Shown here piece by piece: positions 15,701-23,821 of a stretch of DNA of 37,392 nucleotides. The notes beneath the pieces were generated by a model. The model was not told the DNA's origin. It searched no databases and saw only the letters and a program-made list of their open reading frames with translations. Every line of letters begins with the position of its first letter. Position 1 is the first letter of the stretch. The translations under genes and the position numbers were made by a program. The stretch comes from Bacillota bacterium (GTDB taxonomy: Bacteria > Bacillota > Clostridia > Lachnospirales > Anaerotignaceae), in contig JAEZPX010000010.1 of NCBI GenBank assembly GCA_023413275.1, forward strand, positions 1-37,392, given 5' to 3'.

Positions 15701-18700
15701 GTAACGAAATGGGCTATGGTATGTATAGAATAACAAATGAATATCCCGATGGGGTTTATGTGTTGGTTGCAGGAGAGAATGCTGACATGCCCGCTCTGGC
15801 AAACGGATACTATTATGCAACTGCAAGACTAAAAGACAGTAATAATAAGTTTGAAGCCAATGAATATGCGGATATGATAGACAACAAGTATCAGCAGGGA
15901 TATGCAATGCTTGACATTAGAACTTATTCAAAATATTTGTATCTTCCCCTTGCTAACAAAAATGGGGAGTATGTAAAGGAATTTTATTACTATGATTATA
16001 CAAAGAATGAATATGTGAAAGCAGCGGCTGAGGAAACCTATACAGTGAACGGTGAAAAATATGTAAAACTCGCTAAAATGCCCATAACTACAAAAAAGGC
16101 TTACTTAAATGTATATTTTACAACCTCAGCAGGAAAAAACCAATACGGAATCATGGAAATGGATTATAGCAGTGTTAGTTCAGCAACAGGGATACCTACC
16201 CAAGCGCCGAAAATGACAACTGCAACAGGGGCCACCTCTTATGTGAATGATGGTGAGGCCGTCGTATCTCTAGCCACTGCATCGGAAAATGCAAAGATTT
16301 ACTATACCTGTACCAGTGGAAATACAGGTGTGGATCCTGATACAACAAAGGCAAGCCAAATTTATAAGAATACCTTTGAATTATCCACAGAAAACAAAGA
16401 AGGAGAGATATTTACCATTCGTGCGGTTACGGTGAAAAGTGGATATATCACCTCAGACATGATGGAATTTAAGATTTCCTTTCACAAAGAGGGGATGGCT
16501 GCAATAACCGCAGAAAAACCTACTATTTTTGCAAAATACAAAAGTGGGGATACAGCTACAAATGGTATTTACACTGTGAACATATCAAATGCAACTGATG
16601 AAACATCGGTTTATTATACTACGGATGGTTCTCTGCCTTCGGAACAAAATGGAGCATTATATACAACAAGCTTTGAGGTGCCTGCCCTTACCAATGGTAC
16701 CCCCACAGTCATTCAGGCTATTGCTGTAGGCGCTAATGTTAATGCTTCTGAGATTGCAAAGAAAACCATTGTGTTTTCATCAAATTGGTGGGATAACATG
16801 GAGCCAGGTTATGGCTATGAAGTGCAGATTAAGATGTTGAATTTTGCCAATAATAGCCTTCTATCCATGGGAAATGGAGCATTAACGGGCAAGGCGGTCT
16901 TAACGGTGGATTCAGAGGGCAACCACTTTTTAACAGTGCCTTTTCAGGGCATTAATATGGGTGCCGGTTTGGGTTACTTGATAGATATGTGGTATTTTGA
17001 GAATGAAGATGCAACAGGAGAAGATATATGGAAAGATACAAGGATACAAGGTACCTATACATATTCCGTCTCAGGCAAGATTGCAACGGTAACCATACCT
17101 TTATTTAACAATCATTCCAAGGTGTCTGTTGGGATTGAATCGGATTTTCAAGCCATGGGTAAGCAAAGGGCTACTTTATCTTTGGATTATTCCAAGGTCA
17201 TAGAAGCTGTTACAGGCGATGTTGTTGTGGTGGAAAAGCAAGTTGAGTCACCTATCATTGATGGAGTCTTAAATGCAAAAGGCGATGCCATGACAATTAG
17301 CATTGCTTTGCCATCAGCCAGTGAAGTGAAGGATGCTGACATTTACTATATTGTTAGTGGAAAAGATGATGCCGTTGTTGATAAGATAACTAAAAACAAG
17401 TATACTGGGGCATTTACAATTAGTAAATCTGAGGCGGCTGCGTTTGGGGGGATAGATGATACAGTAAATGTACTTGCAGTGGCCGTAAAGAACGGATACA
17501 TTGATTCTCTTATCAATGTGAAAAAGTTCACTTTTAATACATCAGCTATAGATCCTACCAAGCCGATTGAGGGGGAAGTTGATGTTACAAAGGATGGAAA
17601 ATATTGGGTATATGTAAGCCTTTATAAAGCCAATGATAATGAGCTTTCTATGGGCAATGTAGCATTTGAGAATAATTCCAAGGCTCTTATTGTAACAAGT
17701 GGTGGAAAGTCAGTGATGCAGATGGGTTCAAATCCTGTTAAGATTCCTCCTTATTATTCGGCTCTACAAGAGTTTCAGTTTAAAAATGCTGGAGGAACAT
17801 ATCAGCTTGCCACGGCTTTGGACACAAAGGAGATCAAAACAACCTATAACGGTGTTAACTATTCCTTTGATTATTTGAAAAAGTTTGAATTTACCTTACC
17901 AAGTGTTACAGATAGTTTTATAGATGTAAAGGTGAAGGTACCCTATACCATTATGGATTCTGCAGTGGGGGATAATGCAATTCCAGCAAGACTGAAAATT
18001 GATTGGAGCGGTATTACTGCCGCCAAGGATTCTGATGAGCTTCGTGCCAGTGATTCTGTAGCGGAAAGTACAATTACCATTAAGAGTAGCCCTATTGATG
18101 CAACAGACCCTAAAACTGGAATCCGACTTGTGGCTCCGGCTGATATTTTAATGGAAGGTACAACGCTTGCCGCCGCAGAAATCAAGACGGGTGTCCAGTT
18201 TAAGCTGGTTCAGAAAGCCATCGGGGATGAATTTACAAAGTTTACTGCATTTAGCATCCTTGCAATGCTGGATGAAAAAGAAACAACACCATTAGGAAAT
18301 GTAAAAATCTATATTCCCATTCCTGAGGGCTTTGATGAACAAAGGGTTGCTTTATACAGAGTAAATGAGGATGGAACAAAAACACTAGTTCGTGGAACTG
18401 TGAATCATGGTGGATTAATTCCTGTGGCAAGTGGAGGGGAACCAATTTATTTTGAATTTGAAACTGACAAACTTGGCTTATTTGTGATAGTTGAAACGGA
18501 TGAGGTTTTAAATGTTCCTGTTGTTGCCGAGGTGGTTGAAGAAAAAGAGTTGTTTGATGATATTTCTGGGCACTGGGCTAAGGAATATATTAAAAAAGCT
18601 GTTGAAATGGGGATTTTCCTTGGGACTAGCGAATCAAACTTTGAACCTAATGTAAAAATGACAAGAGGGATGTTTGTCACAGTTCTAGGAAAAATGGAAG

Positions 18701-19125
18701 GAATCACTTCAAAAACCTATAGAGGAGAAAAATTCAATGACGTTAAGGATGGGGATTATTATTCATCCTTTGTGCTTTGGGCATCTGATACGGGTATTGC
18801 AAGGGGGATTGATGAGAATCATTTTGCTCCTAACGAAACAATTACCAGAGAGCAGGTGGCTGCTATGCTTTCAAAGTATGCCCAGATGAAAGGGCTAGAG
18901 CTGAAAAGTGACAGAAATCACGACTTTGCTGATGGTACTGACGTCAGTGATTGGGCAAAGGATAGTGTAGAGGCTCTTGCAAAGGCAGGTGTTCTCAGTG
19001 GACGTGAGAATAGAACCTTTGCACCAAAGGATTCTGCTTCCAGAGCGGAAGTAGCAGTTATTCTTGTGAAGTTTATGGAGGAATATATGCCTTCTGAGAA
19101 CACGCTGGAGACGGAAAAAATCTAA
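12727..19125 (+). CDS. Giant (2132-aa) SLH-anchored cell-surface protein with three NEAT domains and about seven chitobiase/Big-like (CHB_HEX_C-type) repeats; IsdX2/BslK-like heme or hemoprotein receptor
   Basis: TTG start with SD AGGGGGAG 7 nt upstream. Signal peptide MKYKKYLTMFLAGTLVISSSPTKIFA. An acidic E/T/G-rich tandem-repeat region spans about nt 12850-13150. Repeats of the form vYYTtDGTDPt.S...Y...F start at about 13285, 13600, 13970, 14270, 16250, 16560 and 17290. NEAT-like domains at about 14505-14920, 16786-17200 (LSMGNGALTGKAVL) and 17596-18010 (LSMGNVAF ... NYSFDYLKKFEF). Three SLH domains at about 18550-19110 (HWAKEYI ... MTRGMFVTVL ...). Confidence 0.85.
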   Translation: MKYKKYLTMFLAGTLVISSSPTKIFADSNEQQVEQQDGSGEKDTDISVVEKTDEGEFGKTETKAESEGVETGEEDSGELETGDTETNEAETSNTETGNSEIVEKETGEIEAGNTETGNPENEETGETQTTEGAENTEESENIKEGEEAPIQASVLDASLVSSTDTVEAPAITARDDNDISQTYYANNATVKVEIAVPEDTQVYYTIDGTDPTESGTRQLYSGAFILTASGTEAEALTIKAVATQEVTGGENTTTQYSELITKEICFIAEVDVSEPVIKTCDSSGDSQDSYSYLSPVTVEIDAPFNTEVLFTTDGTDPIQSDTKQLYKGSFTVSLPMAQYTSGGTTEIKAVVKTGVECGNGEMIYVYSDLVSSSIVFRAATTLKNPTIKATQKISGAVTTTSSLQKSISNIANNETVEIEITHPNDASSRILYTLDDTDPRESDTALVYTDEFSITASGLAAEAVVVRVTVEVMDGTQKTYTSPRKLTLNFLQEEIAAPELSFTPLENGESKYKNTAEVTANITNYDAQLGYVYTLDGTDPTLESNAYDNSIGIAGIKAPSQAGGKVTIKVASVKEGKYLSSITTKEIYFKSNEDLILTQGNYIADFVIKCNDGNNAWLKDYIDTKDVEINLDSDGKMSLTIRFVEKTTDNVGVEAYKFKSAKIVSYEGEETELAFEEPTEINSYLYSSNSTYVIKTVTLPMESLSADVPVQFENNSGVWVDFVLTLNSQPKPASERKIDNSVMGYSIIAGSQNLTYDGYRQYKNPITITLDSKGYSVTRPMVYYFTTDDTEEIGLESRSMNLPVVNSLSVATNYEGAVEDAYEIFTKNKDPHALNIRVKGYVEGLGWTDEISIPLKFNARALSSEIVDANGTGTKMTTTGTFHDGKSDLGYTIPYDTAFKVDTEEDKTKIEIYSNLISQVNAEHGSSKKKVLNITLATPSGGQVKVLDAFGEFKESFLSIPQTEGFSVEAVSVYHINKSGTEAILLPRYAGSNEMGYGMYRITNEYPDGVYVLVAGENADMPALANGYYYATARLKDSNNKFEANEYADMIDNKYQQGYAMLDIRTYSKYLYLPLANKNGEYVKEFYYYDYTKNEYVKAAAEETYTVNGEKYVKLAKMPITTKKAYLNVYFTTSAGKNQYGIMEMDYSSVSSATGIPTQAPKMTTATGATSYVNDGEAVVSLATASENAKIYYTCTSGNTGVDPDTTKASQIYKNTFELSTENKEGEIFTIRAVTVKSGYITSDMMEFKISFHKEGMAAITAEKPTIFAKYKSGDTATNGIYTVNISNATDETSVYYTTDGSLPSEQNGALYTTSFEVPALTNGTPTVIQAIAVGANVNASEIAKKTIVFSSNWWDNMEPGYGYEVQIKMLNFANNSLLSMGNGALTGKAVLTVDSEGNHFLTVPFQGINMGAGLGYLIDMWYFENEDATGEDIWKDTRIQGTYTYSVSGKIATVTIPLFNNHSKVSVGIESDFQAMGKQRATLSLDYSKVIEAVTGDVVVVEKQVESPIIDGVLNAKGDAMTISIALPSASEVKDADIYYIVSGKDDAVVDKITKNKYTGAFTISKSEAAAFGGIDDTVNVLAVAVKNGYIDSLINVKKFTFNTSAIDPTKPIEGEVDVTKDGKYWVYVSLYKANDNELSMGNVAFENNSKALIVTSGGKSVMQMGSNPVKIPPYYSALQEFQFKNAGGTYQLATALDTKEIKTTYNGVNYSFDYLKKFEFTLPSVTDSFIDVKVKVPYTIMDSAVGDNAIPARLKIDWSGITAAKDSDELRASDSVAESTITIKSSPIDATDPKTGIRLVAPADILMEGTTLAAAEIKTGVQFKLVQKAIGDEFTKFTAFSILAMLDEKETTPLGNVKIYIPIPEGFDEQRVALYRVNEDGTKTLVRGTVNHGGLIPVASGGEPIYFEFETDKLGLFVIVETDEVLNVPVVAEVVEEKELFDDISGHWAKEYIKKAVEMGIFLGTSESNFEPNVKMTRGMFVTVLGKMEGITSKTYRGEKFNDVKDGDYYSSFVLWASDTGIARGIDENHFAPNETITREQVAAMLSKYAQMKGLELKSDRNHDFADGTDVSDWAKDSVEALAKAGVLSGRENRTFAPKDSASRAEVAVILVKFMEEYMPSENTLETEKI
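12850..13150 (+). repeat. Imperfect tandem DNA and peptide repeats encoding an acidic ETG(N)TE low-complexity spacer at the N-terminus of the giant protein
   Basis: Repeated GAAACAGG(C/T)AA(T/C)ACAGAAACAGG-like units. Protein ETGEEDSGELETGDTETNEAETSNTETGNSE.... The antisense frame gives a spurious S/V/P-rich ORF (12681..13256). Confidence 0.6.
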
Positions 19126-19221
19126 AAAATGTGGTGTTTTGTCCTCTTTTGTTTCACACAATAAAATAGACAGTGCCCTCCCTTTGGGGGGGCTGTCTGC
19201 CAATACGAGCGGAGGTAAAAA

Positions 19222-20313
19222 ATGAAGAGAATAGGTTTGAAAAGAATAACTTCTATCATAATGGCCGTAATTTTTTGCAACTGTATGCAGCTAAACGTAT
19301 TCGCCTTAAGTGATGGTATTTATACGGCGGATACACTTACCTATTATATCAATCCTGATACAGGAAAGACTGATGACGGCGGAACGGGGAACGCAGAAAT
19401 CGGCGAGGGAATGTGCAGAAGTGCTGTATATGAAAAGGCATTGGTTGAGCAACAAGATGGAAAGATATGGGTAAGTTTAAGAATGCTTTTATACAGCCAT
19501 ATATCTAATATCAAAATCTATACCCAGAATACACCAAAAGGAGAGTACACGGAGGTCAAGTATTCTGTTATGGCGGAGAACTCCACAAATGATAGTGGAG
19601 ATATGCGCTTTGAGGTGCCTTCAGCAGATTGCTTTGTGAAAACAAAAATGTATGTTGCACCAATGGGCAGAGATGTCTGTTTTTATTGGAAGATAGATGT
19701 AGCAACAGCCCAAAATGGAAATGGTGATTTTGTTAAAACAATTAAATTGGGAACAAAAACAACAAAGCAAGAGGAATTTACAGATGTTACTTCCCACTGG
19801 GCCAAAGCTGATATTGAGAGTGTCGTTTCAAAGAAACTCTTCAGTGGAACAAGCGATTCTACCTTTAGCCCTGATACTGCAATGACAAGAGGAATGTTTG
19901 TAACCGTATTAGGCAGATTGAGCGGAGATGATGTTTCTAAATACAACAGCGGAAAATTTCGGGATGTAGGTGTAAATCAGTATTATGCAAAATATATTGG
20001 ATGGGCAAATGCAAAGGGAATTGTTTCCGGTGTGACAGAGACAACATTTCAGGCTGATTCACCAGTGGCGTGCGAACAGGCTACGGCAATTTTGGTAAAG
20101 TATATGGAATACAAGGGAATTCCCTTTAAAACTAACGGTTCTGTGGCAAAAATGGATACAGTGAGTTCTTGGGCGAAGAAGAGCGTGGAAAAGGCAGGAC
20201 TGGCAGGGATAATTTCAAGTCAAAATACAAATGGATTTCAATTTAAATCCTCAGCCACCAGAGCTGATGTGGCATCTATGGTTATGAATATGATTAACGG
20301 AGCTGAAAAATAG
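19222..20313 (+). CDS. SLH-anchored surface protein with an N-terminal divergent NEAT-like domain and three C-terminal SLH domains (BslK-like)
   Basis: Signal peptide MKRIGLKRITSIIMAVIFCNCMQLNVFA. The N-terminal ~140 aa (IGEGMCRSAVYEKALVEQQDGKIWVSL ... TKMYVAPMGRDVCFYWKIDV) align loosely to the NEAT lip and final strands. SLH repeats: FTDVTSHWAKADIESVV ... AMTRGMFVTVLGRL, then two more. SD GGAGGT lies 7 nt upstream. Confidence 0.7.
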   Translation: MKRIGLKRITSIIMAVIFCNCMQLNVFALSDGIYTADTLTYYINPDTGKTDDGGTGNAEIGEGMCRSAVYEKALVEQQDGKIWVSLRMLLYSHISNIKIYTQNTPKGEYTEVKYSVMAENSTNDSGDMRFEVPSADCFVKTKMYVAPMGRDVCFYWKIDVATAQNGNGDFVKTIKLGTKTTKQEEFTDVTSHWAKADIESVVSKKLFSGTSDSTFSPDTAMTRGMFVTVLGRLSGDDVSKYNSGKFRDVGVNQYYAKYIGWANAKGIVSGVTETTFQADSPVACEQATAILVKYMEYKGIPFKTNGSVAKMDTVSSWAKKSVEKAGLAGIISSQNTNGFQFKSSATRADVASMVMNMINGAEK

Positions 20314-20476
20314 AGCAGTTTTTAAGCTAAAACAAATACCAGGGTGATGGAGAATAGGGACTATGAACGAATTTATGAAGTTTAGAAAAAACGAATGTTC
20401 AGGACAATTACAAATCGGTTTTTAATCCTAAACTTCCAAGCACAACAGCTTGAAATGTTGGGGAAAGGGGAAGAAC

Positions 20477-21556
20477 ATGAAAAGATTGAAGCAAAGGATG
20501 CTAATTCTAATCCTTGGACTTATGATGTTTTCTGCTACAGCTTGTGTGGATCAAAGCGGAGCGAATGCAGAAGAAACGAAGACAGTTACAAAAACAATGT
20601 CAGCGGAAATTGTAGCAGGAAAACAGATAGAAGAAAACACAGAAAAAGAGACCGAAACTAGTAAAGAGGACGATGAGAAACAGAGCGCAGATGGTTCACT
20701 GGATGTGAAAACAGAACAGACCAAGAAATTAGATGCCAAGACTCAGACGCAGGCTGGTAACAAGAAACCTGAGACGGAAGAAGTACGTATTATTGCAACA
20801 TCGGCAGCAACCTGCGAGATAATGAGCCGATTGGGGATTGAATTAATTGGTGTGCCAAATACCACTGTTTCTACAATTCCCTCTCGATATGACAATGCAA
20901 CTCGCATTGGTACGCCTATGGCTCCGGATTTGGAAATCATCAAATCTTTGAATCCTACTGATGTAATAGGACCGGATACGCTAAAAGAGGATTTAAAAAT
21001 AAAATACGATAACATTGGGGTTACAGCTACATTTATCGATTTAAAAAGCGTGAAAGGTTTATATGACAGCATAACTTTGATAGGGAATAAGTATGGGAAA
21101 GCAGAAGAGGCAAAGGCCTTGGTTGAGGACTACAATACCTTCATAAAGGATTATACGTCAAAGCATGTAGTGACAGAAAAACCTAAGGTACTGGTACTTA
21201 TGGGCCTTCCCGGCAGTTATCTTGTGGCGACAAATAAATCTTATGCAGGGTCGTTGGTAGAGCTTGCTGGAGGGGTGAATGTATTTTCCAGTAATGAGAA
21301 GGATTTTCTTAATGTGAACCCAGAAGAAATTTTAAAGACAGATCCTGATATTATCATTCGCACAGCCCATGGACTGCCGAAAGAAGCACTAAAAATGTTT
21401 GCAAAGGAATTTTCAGAAAATGATATTTGGAAGCATTTTAGAGCGGTGCAGGATGGAAAGGTTTTCGATGTGGACTATATGGTTTTTGGCATGAGTGCAA
21501 CCTTTGACTATCCTCAAGCCCTTTCTGATTTAGAGCCTATGCTTTTTGGTGAATGA
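20477..21556 (+). CDS. isdE: Heme-binding substrate-binding lipoprotein, IsdE/HmuT-like (TroA/FecB-type class III SBP)
   Basis: Lipoprotein signal MKRLKQRMLILILGLMMFSATAC. From memory, a strong match to S. aureus IsdE: KPKVLVLMGLPGSYLVATNKSYAGSLVELAGG ~ HPKVLILMGVPGSYLVATDKSYIGDLVKIAGG, and NDIWKHFRAVQDGKVFDV ~ NDIWKHFKAVKNNHVYDL. IsdE heme ligands are conserved (IGTPMAP Met, TAHGLP His). Start moved from the track's 20450 to ATG 20477 (SD AAGGGGAAG). Confidence 0.75.
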   Translation: MKRLKQRMLILILGLMMFSATACVDQSGANAEETKTVTKTMSAEIVAGKQIEENTEKETETSKEDDEKQSADGSLDVKTEQTKKLDAKTQTQAGNKKPETEEVRIIATSAATCEIMSRLGIELIGVPNTTVSTIPSRYDNATRIGTPMAPDLEIIKSLNPTDVIGPDTLKEDLKIKYDNIGVTATFIDLKSVKGLYDSITLIGNKYGKAEEAKALVEDYNTFIKDYTSKHVVTEKPKVLVLMGLPGSYLVATNKSYAGSLVELAGGVNVFSSNEKDFLNVNPEEILKTDPDIIIRTAHGLPKEALKMFAKEFSENDIWKHFRAVQDGKVFDVDYMVFGMSATFDYPQALSDLEPMLFGE

Positions 21557-21557
21557 A

Positions 21558-22544
21558 ATGAGAAAAAGAAAAATATCTGCTTTTTTTATACTGACAATTT
21601 TGCTTTTTGGACTTTTTATGATGTCGGTCAACTTGGGAAGCATCAAGGTTACTTATGGAGAACTTTTCAGGGGGTTATTTATAGAATATAACGAAAATGT
21701 AGCGACCATTTATGATTTAAGATTTCCTAGAATTATAATTGCGATGGTGACGGGGGCCGGACTGGCAGTTTCCGGAGTGCTTTTTCAGGCAGTGCTGAAA
21801 AACCCATTGGCAGACCCAGGTATTATTGGCATTTCCGCAGGGTCAGCCTTTGTTTCTGTATTAATTGTGGCCTTTTTCCCTATGTGGTACTTTTTTACGC
21901 CGTTATTTTCTTTTCTGGGAGGAATCCTTGCTTGTGTATTGGTATATTCTCTTTCTTGGAAAGCGGGGTTTTCGCCCCTTAGAATTATTTTGGTGGGTGT
22001 CGCTATAAATGCAGTATTTACGGGACTCATGGAATCCTTTGGATCAATGAGTGGGCAAAATTATTCCGGTGCTGCTGCAATTGTGAATGCAAATATCTCC
22101 ATGAAAACATGGAAGGATGTACGCCTATTGACAGGATATGTTACCCTAGGACTTATTCTTGCCTTATTTGCAGCCACAAGGTGCAATCTTCTTGCCCTAG
22201 AGGATAAAACCATTCGGAGCCTTGGGGTGAATGTGAATGCTTTAAGAGCGGTTATTTCTATAATTGCCGTACTGCTTGCTTCAATTACTACGGCAGTTGC
22301 CGGTTCGATTAGTTTTATAGGATTAATTGTCCCACATATTGGCAGGCTTATGGTAGGGAGCGACCATAAATATTTAATCCCTTTTTCAATGCTTTTTGGA
22401 GCTTTTACCATGCTTTTGGCGGACACGGTGGGTCGTTTAATTGCCTATCCTTATGAAATTTCTGCTGCGATTATTATGTCGGTCATAGGCGGGCCGTTCT
22501 TTATTGTATTGCTGAAAAGGAGTGACAGGACCTATGGAGGTTAG
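21558..22544 (+). CDS. FecCD-family ABC permease (IsdF-like heme permease)
   Basis: About 9 TM segments with typical FecCD motifs (RIIIAMVTGAGLAVSGVLFQ ... LVGVAINAVFTG ... FIGLIVPHIGRL). ATG at 21558 lies 2 nt after the SBP stop. The track's TTG 21546 is less likely. Confidence 0.8.
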   Translation: MRKRKISAFFILTILLFGLFMMSVNLGSIKVTYGELFRGLFIEYNENVATIYDLRFPRIIIAMVTGAGLAVSGVLFQAVLKNPLADPGIIGISAGSAFVSVLIVAFFPMWYFFTPLFSFLGGILACVLVYSLSWKAGFSPLRIILVGVAINAVFTGLMESFGSMSGQNYSGAAAIVNANISMKTWKDVRLLTGYVTLGLILALFAATRCNLLALEDKTIRSLGVNVNALRAVISIIAVLLASITTAVAGSISFIGLIVPHIGRLMVGSDHKYLIPFSMLFGAFTMLLADTVGRLIAYPYEISAAIIMSVIGGPFFIVLLKRSDRTYGG

Positions 22545-23292
22545 AGAACTGGATTTTTCCTATGGAAAGAATAAAGTTTTAAATGAAATTTCTTTTCAAA
22601 TTCCAAAAGGAAAAATAACAACGCTGATTGGAGCAAATGGCTGTGGAAAATCAACATTATTTCATGTGATGACAAAGAATTTAAGGGCGCAACAAGGTAC
22701 GATTTTTCTTGATGGGAAAAACATAAACGACATCCCTTTAAAGCAGTTTGCAAAGGAGGTTTCTATTGTACACCAATACAATGTTTCTCCCAATGATTTG
22801 ACTGTGAAGAAGCTCATTGGTTATGGGAGAATTGCTCACGGTGGTTTTGGTAAAAAAAACAAGGAACAGGATGATAAATTCATTCATTGGGCAATGGAAA
22901 TTACCGGTTTAAAGGAGTTGCAAGACAGGCAGATTTCTGATTTATCTGGGGGACAGAGACAAAGAGTATGGATTGCCATGGCACTGGCACAAAATACAAA
23001 GATACTATTTTTAGATGAACCCACTACATATTTGGATATACGGTATCAAATTGAGATATTGAAGCTGCTAAAGCGGCTGAATACAGAGCTGGGAATGACA
23101 ATGCTTGTTGTGCTCCATGATATTAATCAGGCAATACAATACAGCGACGAAATAATAGCAATGAGGGATGGAAAAATTATTGCTCAAGGGAGCCCAAGAG
23201 ATGTTGCCACGGAAAAAATATTAAAGTCAGTGTATGATGTAGATTTAAGAGTGGAGAATGTGAATGGAAATATTTTTGTTCTTACAATTTAA
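22534..23292 (+). CDS. ABC transporter ATP-binding protein (FecE/FhuC-like) of the heme importer
   Basis: Walker A GANGCGKST, signature LSGGQRQRVWIAMAL, Walker B ILFLDEPTTYLD, H-loop VLHD. ATG 22534 with SD AAAGGAGTGA, overlapping the permease stop. Confidence 0.85.
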   Translation: MEVRELDFSYGKNKVLNEISFQIPKGKITTLIGANGCGKSTLFHVMTKNLRAQQGTIFLDGKNINDIPLKQFAKEVSIVHQYNVSPNDLTVKKLIGYGRIAHGGFGKKNKEQDDKFIHWAMEITGLKELQDRQISDLSGGQRQRVWIAMALAQNTKILFLDEPTTYLDIRYQIEILKLLKRLNTELGMTMLVVLHDINQAIQYSDEIIAMRDGKIIAQGSPRDVATEKILKSVYDVDLRVENVNGNIFVLTI

Positions 23293-23607
23293 GCGTTTTA
23301 TAGTTGCGGAATGTGCAAATTTGAAATTTGATGATTATTTATATAAATATATTTAGTCATAAGGACTCCTCAGAGAAAAGATGTTAAGCTCTAAGTTTGT
23401 ATAAGTATGATTGATTAAGAAAAACTGCTTTTTAAGATTAGATTAGAATTACTGGAAGACCTCTTGTGTAATTGTGTCTTAATGGACACGATTTAATATA
23501 GCACAGGAGGTTCTTTTTATTTTAAGCAGAGAGAAGTAGGGGTGGTTCTTTAGGTATATGATGAATAGATTCATATACGATTATTTTATAGGAATACGTG
23601 AAGAGAG

Positions 23608-23636
23608 TTGAAAAATTTTGTTAAAAATTGTATAAT
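23608..23636 (+). promoter_or_regulatory. Strong sigma-A promoter with extended -10 (TTGAAA-17-TGTATAAT) upstream of the SPFH module
   Basis: TTGAAA 23608-23613, 17-nt spacer ending in TG, TATAAT 23631-23636. It lies ~185 nt upstream of the ydjI-like start. Confidence 0.45.
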
Positions 23637-23821
23637 TATGAATTAGAATGTTCATTTTCATATATGCAAATGAGTGGATGTCGTTGTGAAGATAATTGAA
23701 AAAAATAACACTGGATAGATGATTTAATATATCATTCTATAAAAGAATATATTAGTGCAGCTTAAGTAAATAAGCATGTAGGGATAATTTTAGAAGTTTG
23801 ATATTAGAAAGGTGAGAAAAA

